Under the pieces are notes generated by a model. The model searched no databases, was not told the origin of the DNA, and was given only the letters and a program-made list of their open reading frames with translations. Shown in pieces: positions 1-7,737 of a DNA stretch of 28,230 nt. The DNA comes from a virus (Duplodnaviria > Caudoviricetes), in the IMG/VR virus record IMGVR_UViG_3300043427_001721, positions 1 through 28,230 of that record. The stretch is one strand, 5' to 3'. The translations under genes were made by a program, and so were the position numbers. How positions within the stretch are numbered: position 1 is the first letter of the stretch; every line of letters starts with the position of its first letter.

Positions 1-19
1 GGAATCCTTGCCGATTAGC

Positions 20-81
20 ACAAAACAGGCACGCGCTCGGTGTCCAAGCATCGAGCCGTAGAGATTCGACCCTCCCCTCCC
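20..81 (-). other. candidate cos/packaging-initiation region
   Basis: Minus strand GGGAGGGGAGGGTCGAATCTCT...GACACCGAGCGCGTGCC directly after the HNH gene, the usual position and G-rich style of cos regions in HK97-like phages. Inferred from position. Confidence 0.45.
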
Positions 82-423
82 TCATCGCGAAAAATTCCAG
101 GGGTGGCCGGGATCTAGTGGCGAGCCCGAGGTGTCACATCCCCGAAGCGTTCCGGTCTGCTCGAGCTCGGCCTTCGCGCCGTTGTGGCACGGCTCGCAGA
201 GCGGTTGCCAATTCGTCGCGTCCCAGAAGAGCGTCTCGTCGCCTCGATGTGGCGTGATGTGATCGACGACCGATGCCGCCGTCACTCTCTCGAGATTCGC
301 GCAATACACACAGAGCGGATGCGCTGCCAGGTATGCCTGGCGGGCTGCTTTCCACTTTCGACCGTAGAGACGATCGCGCTGCGCTTCCCTCGACCACAGT
401 CGAGGTTTCGATAGTTTCGTCAT
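82..423 (-). CDS. HNH endonuclease (HK97 gp74-like, packaging-associated)
   Basis: CxxC (CVYC), VDHITPHRGD and NWQPLCEPCHN motifs. ATG at 423 chosen as it follows the upstream stop at 437. Confidence 0.9.
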   Translation of the reverse strand: MTKLSKPRLWSREAQRDRLYGRKWKAARQAYLAAHPLCVYCANLERVTAASVVDHITPHRGDETLFWDATNWQPLCEPCHNGAKAELEQTGTLRGCDTSGSPLDPGHPWNFSR

Positions 424-436
424 GCAAATGTGTACA

Positions 437-886
437 TCAAGCGATTTTCTGTGACCAGGTATCCGCGACACAGAGCGCGCCATACATCGCCGTCCGAAAG
501 CGACGCAGGAGCGTCTGGTACTGACCTGGGCTCATTCGCAGGCGCCGTGCTCGAGTTTCGTTCGGTTCGTCCCTCGGCGTGAGGTAGGTGACCTCGACAA
601 GCTGCGCCCAGTTATGACGTCCGCGGCATAGGTCGGTGACGCACCGCTCGACGATGACCACGTCTCGCGGCCATGTCTGGTCCGGCGTGTAGCCGCCTGG
701 TGAGTTGATGCCGAGCACAATCTCTCGCAGGAGCTTGGTGCTGATCGACTCGCGCGGATAGCCCAGCTCGCCCAGGCGATCTCGAGCAAACCTCGCCCAT
801 TGATACATTCGCCAATCGACGAAGGCGGTCACGTCGGTCGCGTTCCTGGGTTTTCTCTCGTATGCGTCGGCTGCGGCGGTGCTCAC
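437..886 (-). CDS. late transcription regulator / Q-like antiterminator
   Basis: Last gene of the early/middle operon, after RusA. N-terminal WRMYQWARF and C-terminal HTH-like ARRLRMSPGQYQTLL. Confidence 0.55.
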   Translation of the reverse strand: MSTAAADAYERKPRNATDVTAFVDWRMYQWARFARDRLGELGYPRESISTKLLREIVLGINSPGGYTPDQTWPRDVVIVERCVTDLCRGRHNWAQLVEVTYLTPRDEPNETRARRLRMSPGQYQTLLRRFRTAMYGALCVADTWSQKIA

Positions 887-1281
887 GGTTCCGATCCCCT
901 GCGTGTCGTGAAGGTGGTCTCCGAGGTGTACGGTCGAATGACGACCTCGACCTTCCCGCCAGGGAAGACCGGACCGCGAATCACGCGGAGGTCGTCGATA
1001 TTGCTGTCGTCCTCGATCACGCCTGCGGCGACGACGGCATCGAGGAGCGCCTTCTGTAGGTTGTCGAGATCACGTCGACGTCGGTCCGGCGGATACGCCA
1101 GGAGCTCGACCTTGAGCGGTCCGCCGATCTGCTCGACCGGGACGCCCTGGTCGCTGATAGCCTCGATCGCGGCCTTCCGATACGCGCGACCTCGAGCACC
1201 GATCACCATGCGCCCGCGGAAGTTGCGCCAGTAGTGATTCACCGAAGGCGGGAAAGGTAGCGTGAACTCCAAGGGGATCAC
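883..1281 (-). CDS. rusA: RusA-family Holliday junction resolvase
   Basis: LPFPPSVNHYWR, PPDRRRRDLDNLQKALLD and DDSNID motifs. GTG at 1281 overlaps the upstream TGA (GTGA), so the 329-aa ORF call is over-extended. Confidence 0.92.
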   Translation of the reverse strand: MIPLEFTLPFPPSVNHYWRNFRGRMVIGARGRAYRKAAIEAISDQGVPVEQIGGPLKVELLAYPPDRRRRDLDNLQKALLDAVVAAGVIEDDSNIDDLRVIRGPVFPGGKVEVVIRPYTSETTFTTRRGSEP

Positions 1282-1865
1282 CTCGTTCCCGTCCTGCGCG
1301 TTAATTGCCGGAATTGCGCGTAGGTTGAAATCTGCACGAACAGCTCCGGCCACGAGCTCGCCGTGCTGTAGAGCTCCGAGTTCGGGATCTCGAAGGTGTC
1401 GGTCTTCATCTCGAACGATGTCCCGTCGTTCCGATGCCTGGTCTGCCCTGCCTGGTAGAGCTGCGCTCGAGCGAGGAACTCGTCCTTCGGTAGCCAGCCG
1501 CAGACGGTGACCCGGTTGGTCGTTCGGTTGAACGAGAGAAAAAGGTAGGCGTCGACCTGGAACGCGACCTGGCTCGCGCTCAAGTTGTTGACGTACTCGA
1601 GCTTCGGATCGACCGCGCGCGTCATTGTCTTGACGTCGAACGTCAGGCCGAAAAGCTCGAAGTCGACTCCGCCGTCGTGTTGGCTGCTCGGTCGCATGAA
1701 CTTCCGACCGATCGCGAAGTTGATCGTGTTTTGACCCAGAATCCCGACGAGCTGCTGCTCGGGTGTTCCGTCGCTTCCGTCTCCGCGGCGCCCGAGGTTC
1801 ACGCTCGACGCTAACGTCTGCGACTCCTCCAGCACACTCGGATGAACGTCGACGGTAAATGCCAT
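1278..1865 (-). CDS. hypothetical protein, PD-(D/E)XK nuclease-like
   Basis: Pattern GILGQ...DGGVDF...FDVKT resembles a restriction-endonuclease-fold active site. Confidence 0.5.
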   Translation of the reverse strand: MAFTVDVHPSVLEESQTLASSVNLGRRGDGSDGTPEQQLVGILGQNTINFAIGRKFMRPSSQHDGGVDFELFGLTFDVKTMTRAVDPKLEYVNNLSASQVAFQVDAYLFLSFNRTTNRVTVCGWLPKDEFLARAQLYQAGQTRHRNDGTSFEMKTDTFEIPNSELYSTASSWPELFVQISTYAQFRQLTRRTGTR

Positions 1866-1868
1866 GCG

Positions 1869-1994
1869 TCAAGTCAGCGCCCGCACGATCCAGGTCGCGA
1901 CGACCGCGATCGTCCCTACACCGACGCCCAAGATCGCGCCGACGATAACGACCGACGAAAGCCCTGCGACGATTGCCGTTGCTGTTTTGCTCAT
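1869..1994 (-). CDS. 41-aa membrane peptide (absent from ORF track)
   Basis: MSKTATAIVAGLSSVVIVGAILGVGVGTIAVVATWIVRALT. ATGA overlap upstream; stop 3 nt before the next ATG. Confidence 0.7.
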   Translation of the reverse strand: MSKTATAIVAGLSSVVIVGAILGVGVGTIAVVATWIVRALT

Positions 1995-2128
1995 GCCGCC
2001 GCTCGTCCTGGTCGCGTCGAGATCAGTCGCGCAAAGCGCTCAAGCTGCTCGATCGTGAAGGTGAACTCGCCGTCGACCTCGAGCGCGCCGACCCATCGAG
2101 CGAGCGCCGCGATCTCCTTCGTTGTCAT
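1991..2128 (-). CDS. 45-aa hypothetical protein (absent from ORF track)
   Basis: MTTKEIAALARWVGALEVDGEFTFTIEQLERFARLISTRPGRAAA, with ATGA overlaps at both ends. Confidence 0.7.
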   Translation of the reverse strand: MTTKEIAALARWVGALEVDGEFTFTIEQLERFARLISTRPGRAAA

Positions 2129-2403
2129 ACTTCGACCTCCGTGCTCTCGTAGCCGGTCAGCGTCACGGATCTCTCGGAGATGAGAACGTCAGCGAGAAGG
2201 CGCGCGGCCTCCTCGGTCCTCTCGAGTCGATACGTTCGCCAGTTCCACCACCACCGCGACTTCCCGGCCGGGAGGTACTCGACGTGCCAGCCGTTGTTTG
2301 TTCGGTTCACTCGATCGAGGTGCTGAACGATCCGAACGCGCGAAATCGGAACGACGGTCGTCGTCACGCGCGAGAACGGCGTCTTTCGGTGTTTAAGGTT
2401 CAT
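2125..2403 (-). CDS. hypothetical protein
   Basis: 92-aa ORF with ATGA overlaps on both sides within the operon. Confidence 0.7.
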   Translation of the reverse strand: MNLKHRKTPFSRVTTTVVPISRVRIVQHLDRVNRTNNGWHVEYLPAGKSRWWWNWRTYRLERTEEAARLLADVLISERSVTLTGYESTEVEV

Positions 2404-2612
2404 GCCTTCTCCGAGCTGTAGTAACGGCGCACAAGCTCGAAGGCCTCGATGTGTCGCTTGATCTCTGCGCGATCCGCTTGTGCGTTGCTGTGAAAGATGC
2501 GATTCCCTTCGCGAAGATCCTGTCGGAGCATCGCGATCATTCGCTTCGCCTCCGTTGCGACGATCTTGTCGACGAGCTCGCCGTCGACGTGCATGACGAG
2601 CGGCGGCGCCAT
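2400..2612 (-). CDS. hypothetical protein
   Basis: ATG 1 nt after the SSB-like gene stop; ATGA overlap with the next gene. Confidence 0.65.
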   Translation of the reverse strand: MAPPLVMHVDGELVDKIVATEAKRMIAMLRQDLREGNRIFHSNAQADRAEIKRHIEAFELVRRYYSSEKA

Positions 2613-2613
2613 A

Positions 2614-2883
2614 TCAAAACGGGATGTCGTCGTTGAACTCATCGCGCGGCGGCGGAGTTGGTGCGGGAGCCGGTGCGCGCTGCTCGTCCTTCGGTCGAAC
2701 GGAGAGCGAGAAGAACTTCTCGCCTGCGAGCTTTGTCCCCTCTTTGCCAGTCTTCAGCCATCCCGAGAGCCAATACTCGACGCCGCCGACGTTGATCGAG
2801 CCGGAGTAGTCCGGGTGCGTGTCCTTCTCCTTGCGTTTGTTTTTCGCGAGGAGTCCGCTGTTCGTGTTGTCGTATTGAGGCAT
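2614..2883 (-). CDS. small ssDNA-binding-like protein (DUF736-like)
   Basis: HPDYSGSINVGGVEYWLSGW core, Pro/Ala linker and acidic SSB-type tail DDIPF. Confidence 0.7.
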   Translation of the reverse strand: MPQYDNTNSGLLAKNKRKEKDTHPDYSGSINVGGVEYWLSGWLKTGKEGTKLAGEKFFSLSVRPKDEQRAPAPAPTPPPRDEFNDDIPF

Positions 2884-2886
2884 CGT

Positions 2887-3123
2887 CTAGGTCTCCGGTT
2901 GGTTTAACGGTGTGCGATACAGACGCTCGAATAGCGCCTGCCAGGTTTCGGCGGGTTTGCCTTTGCGCTTGCCTGCGATCGAGAGCGCGCGCTGCTGCTC
3001 GAGGATCGCGGTGCGAATCTTTTCGCGGCGCTGCTCGGCGGTTGTGACGCCGGAGTCCCAATCGAGCGACATCCCAAGGCGTCGCGCCATCCAGGCTTCG
3101 GTGATCAGATCCGCGAGTCTCAC
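2887..3123 (-). CDS. hypothetical protein
   Basis: GTG start overlapping the upstream TGA; 78 aa. Confidence 0.6.
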   Translation of the reverse strand: MRLADLITEAWMARRLGMSLDWDSGVTTAEQRREKIRTAILEQQRALSIAGKRKGKPAETWQALFERLYRTPLNQPET

Positions 3124-3614
3124 TTGCCGATCGCTTCGATCAGTCCGCGGACCGGGTTGTCCTGCGCGAGCTGCGGGAGTTCCTGGCGCGTCTCCGCGAC
3201 GTCGGCCAGTTGGTCGTAGTGCGAAGCGAACCGCTTCTCCAGGAACGGGAGCGCATCGACGCTCGACCAGGCGATGATCTTCCATCCGCCGAGCGCCTGG
3301 ACGGCGCGCTCGACTTCGGGAACGGCGGGCCCGGCGTGATAGGCGCCCGAGCGAACGTGCTGTAGCGCGATGGCCCACGCCTCGCCTGGTGTCATGCGCT
3401 GCGCTTTGCGGAGCTGCTGAAAATGCCAGGGGTTCGGGAAGTATTCCTCGTGGAGCATCAGGTGTTGCGCTGCCGCGCGAAACTCCTCGATCGACCAGGT
3501 ACTCATCGCTGCGTACCAGAGCTCGAGCGCCTCCGGCGTGATCTTTCCGCCGGGTTTCATTTCGGCAAGCGAGACCAGGATGCGAGCCATTTCGGCGCGA
3601 TCACCCGGCTGCAC
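3120..3614 (-). CDS. replication accessory protein (helicase loader/inhibitor-like)
   Basis: Directly follows the initiator. W...L...YFP and AW...A...VQALGGW patterns are typical of this gene slot. Confidence 0.6.
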   Translation of the reverse strand: MQPGDRAEMARILVSLAEMKPGGKITPEALELWYAAMSTWSIEEFRAAAQHLMLHEEYFPNPWHFQQLRKAQRMTPGEAWAIALQHVRSGAYHAGPAVPEVERAVQALGGWKIIAWSSVDALPFLEKRFASHYDQLADVAETRQELPQLAQDNPVRGLIEAIGK

Positions 3615-4419
3615 TTGCCTTCTCCAGCCACGCCTGCGCTGCTGCGATGTTCGTGTCCTGGGCGCGTTTCGCCTTCGTCGGCGGGATCGGCCAGGGTTGC
3701 GACCAGGGACGATCGGGATCGCCGAAAAATCTTGCCGGGTTCAAGACCATCCGGTTCGTCGCCTGGACGTGAGCGGCGTATCGCTCGACGCCTTCGCGCA
3801 GATTCTCCCAGGACGCGCCGAGCTCGAGGTGCCTGCGGATGTGGTGCTCTGCGCTGATCCAGTCCGTGCGGCCCGCGTGTGGCGGGTATATCGCCTTCAG
3901 CGCCTCAAATTCCCGGCGCTCGTCGCCTTCCGCGCGCGCGAGTTTGGCTACCTCGAGCGAAGAGATTACGCATGAGGAGTTAGATGTCGTTGGAGATATA
4001 GTCTGGAGTCTGGAGTCTGGTGTCTGGATAGGTTGATCGTTCGTTGAACGATTCGTAGCACGAGTCGTGCTCGGCTCGTTGGCCTGTCGGTCCGCTCTTC
4101 GTCGCGCTTCTCGTTGCTCCGCGATCCGTCGATTCGTCTCTCGCTGCTCGTCCGCCTTCGCGATTTCGCGCTGGGCTCTCGAGTTAGTCCACCCACCCTC
4201 GCCCTGCTCCCAGAATTCCTCGAGGACGCGCTTCACGGCGTCTCGGTCGAGCTTCGAGACTGCGCCGACGATGCGGCAGAGCTGCGTCATGTCCGGCGGG
4301 AGCGGACGCTCGGTCGCGTAGTGATGATCGAGGAGCGACCTATATGCGCCGCGCTCGGTCAGCGAGAGGTGCCCGGTGTCACGTTGAAAGTCGCCGATGT
4401 AGTGCTTGTAGAAGTTCAC
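3601..4419 (-). CDS. phage replication initiator (YdaU/DUF1376 family)
   Basis: N-terminus MNFYKHYIGDFQRDTGHLSLTERGAYRSLLDHHY; central iteron-bearing linker; downstream of cro. Confidence 0.8.
   Translation of the reverse strand: MNFYKHYIGDFQRDTGHLSLTERGAYRSLLDHHYATERPLPPDMTQLCRIVGAVSKLDRDAVKRVLEEFWEQGEGGWTNSRAQREIAKADEQRETNRRIAEQREARRRADRQANEPSTTRATNRSTNDQPIQTPDSRLQTISPTTSNSSCVISSLEVAKLARAEGDERREFEALKAIYPPHAGRTDWISAEHHIRRHLELGASWENLREGVERYAAHVQATNRMVLNPARFFGDPDRPWSQPWPIPPTKAKRAQDTNIAAAQAWLEKASAAG
4001..4086. repeat. probable replication origin: 4x GTCTGG(A/T) plus TCGT-N3-ACGA iterons
   Basis: Tandem 7-mers at 4001-4028; TCGTTGAACGA (4041), TCGTAGCACGA (4053) and degenerate copies at 4065 and 4076, all inside the initiator gene. 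Confidence 0.65.
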
Positions 4420-4673
4420 GCCGCCTCCCCGACCTGGTTCACGCGGCGCCTAACTCTCGAGTCGCGGATCACGCGCCAGTCGACATCCGGTCGGAGTTCT
4501 TCGACCGTGACGATCCCGTTGCTCTCCCGCTCGATGTTGATCGCCAGCGATTCCGCGGCCTTTTTGTAGCCGTAGCTCACATTCCGCAGATGGCCTCCCG
4601 TCGTTCCGACGCGCTCTGCGAAACGGTCGCGCTGCCGGAGGGTCATGGTTTGTAGAAACTCTTTGAGTGTCAT
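4416..4673 (-). CDS. cro: Cro-like HTH regulator (YdaS-like)
   Basis: HTH FAERVGTTGGHL and VTVEELRPDVDW motif; divergent from the repressor. Confidence 0.85.
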   Translation of the reverse strand: MTLKEFLQTMTLRQRDRFAERVGTTGGHLRNVSYGYKKAAESLAINIERESNGIVTVEELRPDVDWRVIRDSRVRRRVNQVGEAA

Positions 4674-4682
4674 GGCGGCAGA

Positions 4683-4740
4683 AGTATTACCAAAATGGAA
4701 CTATTGTTCAATACCACACGGTAATTCACCTATAGGTGAA
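4683..4740. promoter_or_regulatory. OR-like switch region: cro promoter and operators
   Basis: Minus strand TTGAAC-17-AATACT. Operators ATACCACACGGTAAT (4711-4725) and the perfect palindrome TTCACCTATAGGTGAA (4725-4740); variant TACCAAAATGGAA at 4688. Confidence 0.7.
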
Positions 4741-4753
4741 GAATGATGAGACA

Positions 4754-5422
4754 ATGCAAACCGTGGACATCCAGGAAATTAGACGAGAACGCCTTCGGCG
4801 CCTTATCAGCGACGAATACGGCGGAAATACTTCGCGTTTTGGGCAGATAGTCGGAAAGAGCCAGAGTCAGCTTTCCGGTACGCTTACATCGAAGAAGGGG
4901 TTCGGAGAAAAGCTCGCCCGGCAGATCGAGGCGGCGGTTGGACTACCTAAAGGATGGCTCGATCGCGCCGACTCCTCTCGAGATATTGCGGAAGAAGCTC
5001 CAGAGGGGTTCGTCGCAGTGAGAAGAGTAAAAATAAAACTGGCCGCGGGCGTCATTGGCTGGGCTGTCGAATGCCACCAGGACGAAGCCCCGCCCCTGTT
5101 TTTCCGCAGGGAATGGTTTGAGTCGCGAGGCTTTCGGCCCGATCATCTTGTCGCCGTAAAAGTCGAGGGCCGCTCGATGGAGCCAGGCCTGTATGACGGC
5201 GACACGATCGTAATTAACAAAGGCGACACCGCCATCGTCGATGGCGAGGTCTTCGCCGTGAACTATGAAGGCGAACTTGTAATCAAGCGCCTCCGCCGAG
5301 ATTCCGGCGAATGGTTTCTCTCTTCCGATAACCCAGACAAGCGCCGCTACGGTGACAAGCGATGCGGCGAAGGCGTCGAGATCATCGGGCGCGTCGTCTA
5401 TAAGAATTCCGAGCGGATCTAG
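4754..5422 (+). CDS. cI: CI-like repressor, HTH plus S24 peptidase
   Basis: N-terminal HTH, Ala-Gly cleavage site (LAAG), catalytic GRSMEP and VIKRL. Start is 4754 or 4736. Confidence 0.92.
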   Translation: MQTVDIQEIRRERLRRLISDEYGGNTSRFGQIVGKSQSQLSGTLTSKKGFGEKLARQIEAAVGLPKGWLDRADSSRDIAEEAPEGFVAVRRVKIKLAAGVIGWAVECHQDEAPPLFFRREWFESRGFRPDHLVAVKVEGRSMEPGLYDGDTIVINKGDTAIVDGEVFAVNYEGELVIKRLRRDSGEWFLSSDNPDKRRYGDKRCGEGVEIIGRVVYKNSERI

Positions 5423-5485
5423 GTCCGCCTGGCCTGGTAGCCGTTATCCCGCAATAACCTTTTAGTCAACCATTACCGTCTGTTG

Positions 5486-5515
5486 TTGACTTAATAAGTA
5501 CCACCCGGTAATACT
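5486..5515 (+). promoter_or_regulatory. PL-like promoter with operator
   Basis: TTGACT-18-AATACT containing GTACCACCCGGTAAT (5498-5512), 13/15 identical to the operator at 4711. Confidence 0.7.
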
Positions 5516-5558
5516 CCCCAGGAAGCCGCAGTTCGCGGCCCCTGACTTGGGAGGTTAC

Positions 5559-5759
5559 ATGGACACAGCAATCGACGGGATCATCGCGTTTTCGGCCGTT
5601 TTGGTCGCTTTCGGCGTCTTCGCCGTGTTTAGCGGGATCGTCGAGTATCTCCTCAATCTGATCGAGACGCGCCGACGTAACCGTCGCCGCCGAGAGCTTC
5701 TGCCTGGCCCGAACGTCCGCTCGCAGCGCCGCGGCCGTCAATGGCAGGTGCCGCTGTGA
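5559..5759 (+). CDS. small membrane protein with Arg-rich tail
   Basis: GGGAGG RBS, hydrophobic N-terminal helix, then RRRNRRRR. Confidence 0.7.
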   Translation: MDTAIDGIIAFSAVLVAFGVFAVFSGIVEYLLNLIETRRRNRRRRELLPGPNVRSQRRGRQWQVPL

Positions 5760-5944
5760 GCTCGGTCGAGTACATCGAGCCACGCGACACGCGAGACGCT
5801 CCGCGGCCTGTTGCCCGCATGGAGCTCGACACGGACATTCCGCTCGGCGAGCTCATTCGCGCATTGAGCGCATCGGGCCTCTCGCTCTCGACGTTACACG
5901 GCGGAAGGCAGCTTATCCATCGAGTGCCGAAGGAGGCCGCATGA
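5756..5944 (+). CDS. hypothetical protein
   Basis: GTGA and ATGA overlaps with its neighbours. Confidence 0.65.
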   Translation: MSSVEYIEPRDTRDAPRPVARMELDTDIPLGELIRALSASGLSLSTLHGGRQLIHRVPKEAA

Positions 5945-6552
5945 TGGAGCAGCGATCGGCGGAATGGTTCGCGGCTCGTCTCGGCTGCGCGACGGCGTCG
6001 AAATTTCGCGCGGTTGTCTCGAAGCTGAAGAGCGGCAAGCCCGCCCAGGCTCGCATCGACTACGCAATCGAGCTCGTGACCGAGCGCTTGAGCGGACAGC
6101 CGACTCCGCATTTCACCACCGCGGCGATGCAGCGCGGTGTGGACCTCGAGCCCGCAGCGCGTATCGAGTACGAATTTAAGAAACGAATCGAGGTGCTCGA
6201 GACAGGGTTCTTGCGTCATCCGTCGTTGATGACTGGTGCATCGCCCGACGGTCTCGTCGGTGCCGATGGTCTCATCGAGATCAAATGCCCCTCGAGCACC
6301 GTTCACGTCGAGACGTGGTTAAACGGAATGCCGGACGACCACATCGCCCAGGTGCAAGGTCAGCTCTGGATCACCGGCCGTGCCTGGTGCGACTTCGTCT
6401 CATTCGATGACCGCCTGCCGAAAGAGCTCCAGCTCTACGTTCAGCGCGTCGAGCGCGACGACGTTTTCATCGCGAACCTGGACCTGGAGGTTCGACAGTT
6501 TCTTGCCGAGGTCGACGACCTCGAGCGCCAATTAAGGGAGAAGGCAGCATGA
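5941..6552 (+). CDS. YqaJ/lambda-exonuclease family recombination nuclease
   Basis: QRSAEWFAARLG-ATAS, GASPDGLV, IEIKCP and QVQGQLW motifs. Confidence 0.93.
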   Translation: MMEQRSAEWFAARLGCATASKFRAVVSKLKSGKPAQARIDYAIELVTERLSGQPTPHFTTAAMQRGVDLEPAARIEYEFKKRIEVLETGFLRHPSLMTGASPDGLVGADGLIEIKCPSSTVHVETWLNGMPDDHIAQVQGQLWITGRAWCDFVSFDDRLPKELQLYVQRVERDDVFIANLDLEVRQFLAEVDDLERQLREKAA

Positions 6553-7262
6553 CGACAGCGATTCAATCCGTCAGCGTGACGGACATCGAGAAGATGGCGA
6601 CGGCGGTCGCAAAGTCCGGGCTCTTCGGAGTCCGTACACCCGACCAGGCGATGTCTCTGATGCTGATTGCCCAGGCGGAAGGCCTGCACCCGGCGATCGC
6701 CGCGCGGGACTATCACATCATCCAGGGTCGGCCTTCGCTGAAAAGCGACGCGCTGCTCGCTAGGTTTCAAGCGAACGGCGGGAAGATCGAGTGGATCGAA
6801 TACACCGACCAGGCGGTCGCCGCCAAGGTGTCGCACCCGCAAGGCGGGACGGTCGAGATTCGCTGGACGTTCCAGATGGCCGAACGCGCCGGGCTCACGA
6901 AAAACGCAACCTGGCGCCAGTACCCGCGACAGATGCTTCGCGCTCGAGTGATCTCCGAAGGCGTTCGCGCCGTGTTCCCTGGGGTCGCGGTTGGCGTCTA
7001 CACCTCCGAGGAGGTCCAGGACATGACGATCTCGAGCTCGAGCGCGACAGTCGTCGCCCAGGAGCCGCAGCTCGCCGATCCGGTTCACCTGGTACGCGAA
7101 GCACCAGACATGGAGACGCTGAAGACTCGATTCCGCGATGCCGTCGTGCTCGCTAGGAAATCGAAGGATCGCGAGCTCGAGGAGTCGCTGAACTTTGCGA
7201 AGGATTCCCGGAAGGCGGAGCTCGAGGCGATCGTCGTCGAGCCGCAGGAGGTCGCAGCATGA
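6549..7262 (+). CDS. RecT/Red-beta-like ssDNA annealing protein
   Basis: Paired with the exonuclease; IIQGRPSL and WRQYPRQMLRAR...GVYTSEE motifs. Confidence 0.8.
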   Translation: MTTAIQSVSVTDIEKMATAVAKSGLFGVRTPDQAMSLMLIAQAEGLHPAIAARDYHIIQGRPSLKSDALLARFQANGGKIEWIEYTDQAVAAKVSHPQGGTVEIRWTFQMAERAGLTKNATWRQYPRQMLRARVISEGVRAVFPGVAVGVYTSEEVQDMTISSSSATVVAQEPQLADPVHLVREAPDMETLKTRFRDAVVLARKSKDRELEESLNFAKDSRKAELEAIVVEPQEVAA

Positions 7263-7441
7263 ACGCCGCCCTCGAGAACCTCGTCAAGATGGCCGACCAG
7301 GCGAGCTCCCGTCAGCTTGTCTGTGAGGTCATTCGCACCGCCTACGCGCTCGGCAAGTTCGACGCGCTCATCGAGACGACACTCGCCGAGGTGAATGCGC
7401 GCCGCCGCGAGCTCGATCGTCGTCGGGAGGTGATGTCGTGA
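7259..7441 (+). CDS. hypothetical protein
   Basis: 60 aa, start and stop overlap both neighbours. Confidence 0.65.
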   Translation: MNAALENLVKMADQASSRQLVCEVIRTAYALGKFDALIETTLAEVNARRRELDRRREVMS

Positions 7442-7668
7442 GCCGCTCCCAGACTGATCAGATCCGCTCCGCTCTGCTCTCCGGGCTCGAGCTGACACCG
7501 ATCGACGCGCTCGAGAGGTTCGGATGCTTCCGGCTCGCCGCTCGAGTCGCCGATCTTCGCGCCGAAGGCCTCGACATCGAGACCGTCACCGAGACCAGGA
7601 ACGGTAAGAAGTTCGCGCGGTATCGCGTCGCACAGCCGGTGCTCCCTGGATTCGAGCTCGTCATGTAG
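7438..7668 (+). CDS. small winged-helix protein
   Basis: SQTDQIRSALLSG..LTPIDAL..FGCFRLAARVADLR, a common phage wHTH pattern. Confidence 0.75.
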   Translation: MSRSQTDQIRSALLSGLELTPIDALERFGCFRLAARVADLRAEGLDIETVTETRNGKKFARYRVAQPVLPGFELVM

Positions 7669-7737
7669 TCATCGACGATGCGCGCGTCACACCGCCAACG
7701 GAGTCCGGCCCCGTCGTGCAAGCCGGAGAGGTTGCAA

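Noticed and set aside
883-1872. 329-aa ORF as a RusA fusion
   Set aside because: The first ~197 codons overlap the 1278-1865 gene in another frame and read as Arg-rich noise; RusA starts at 1281.
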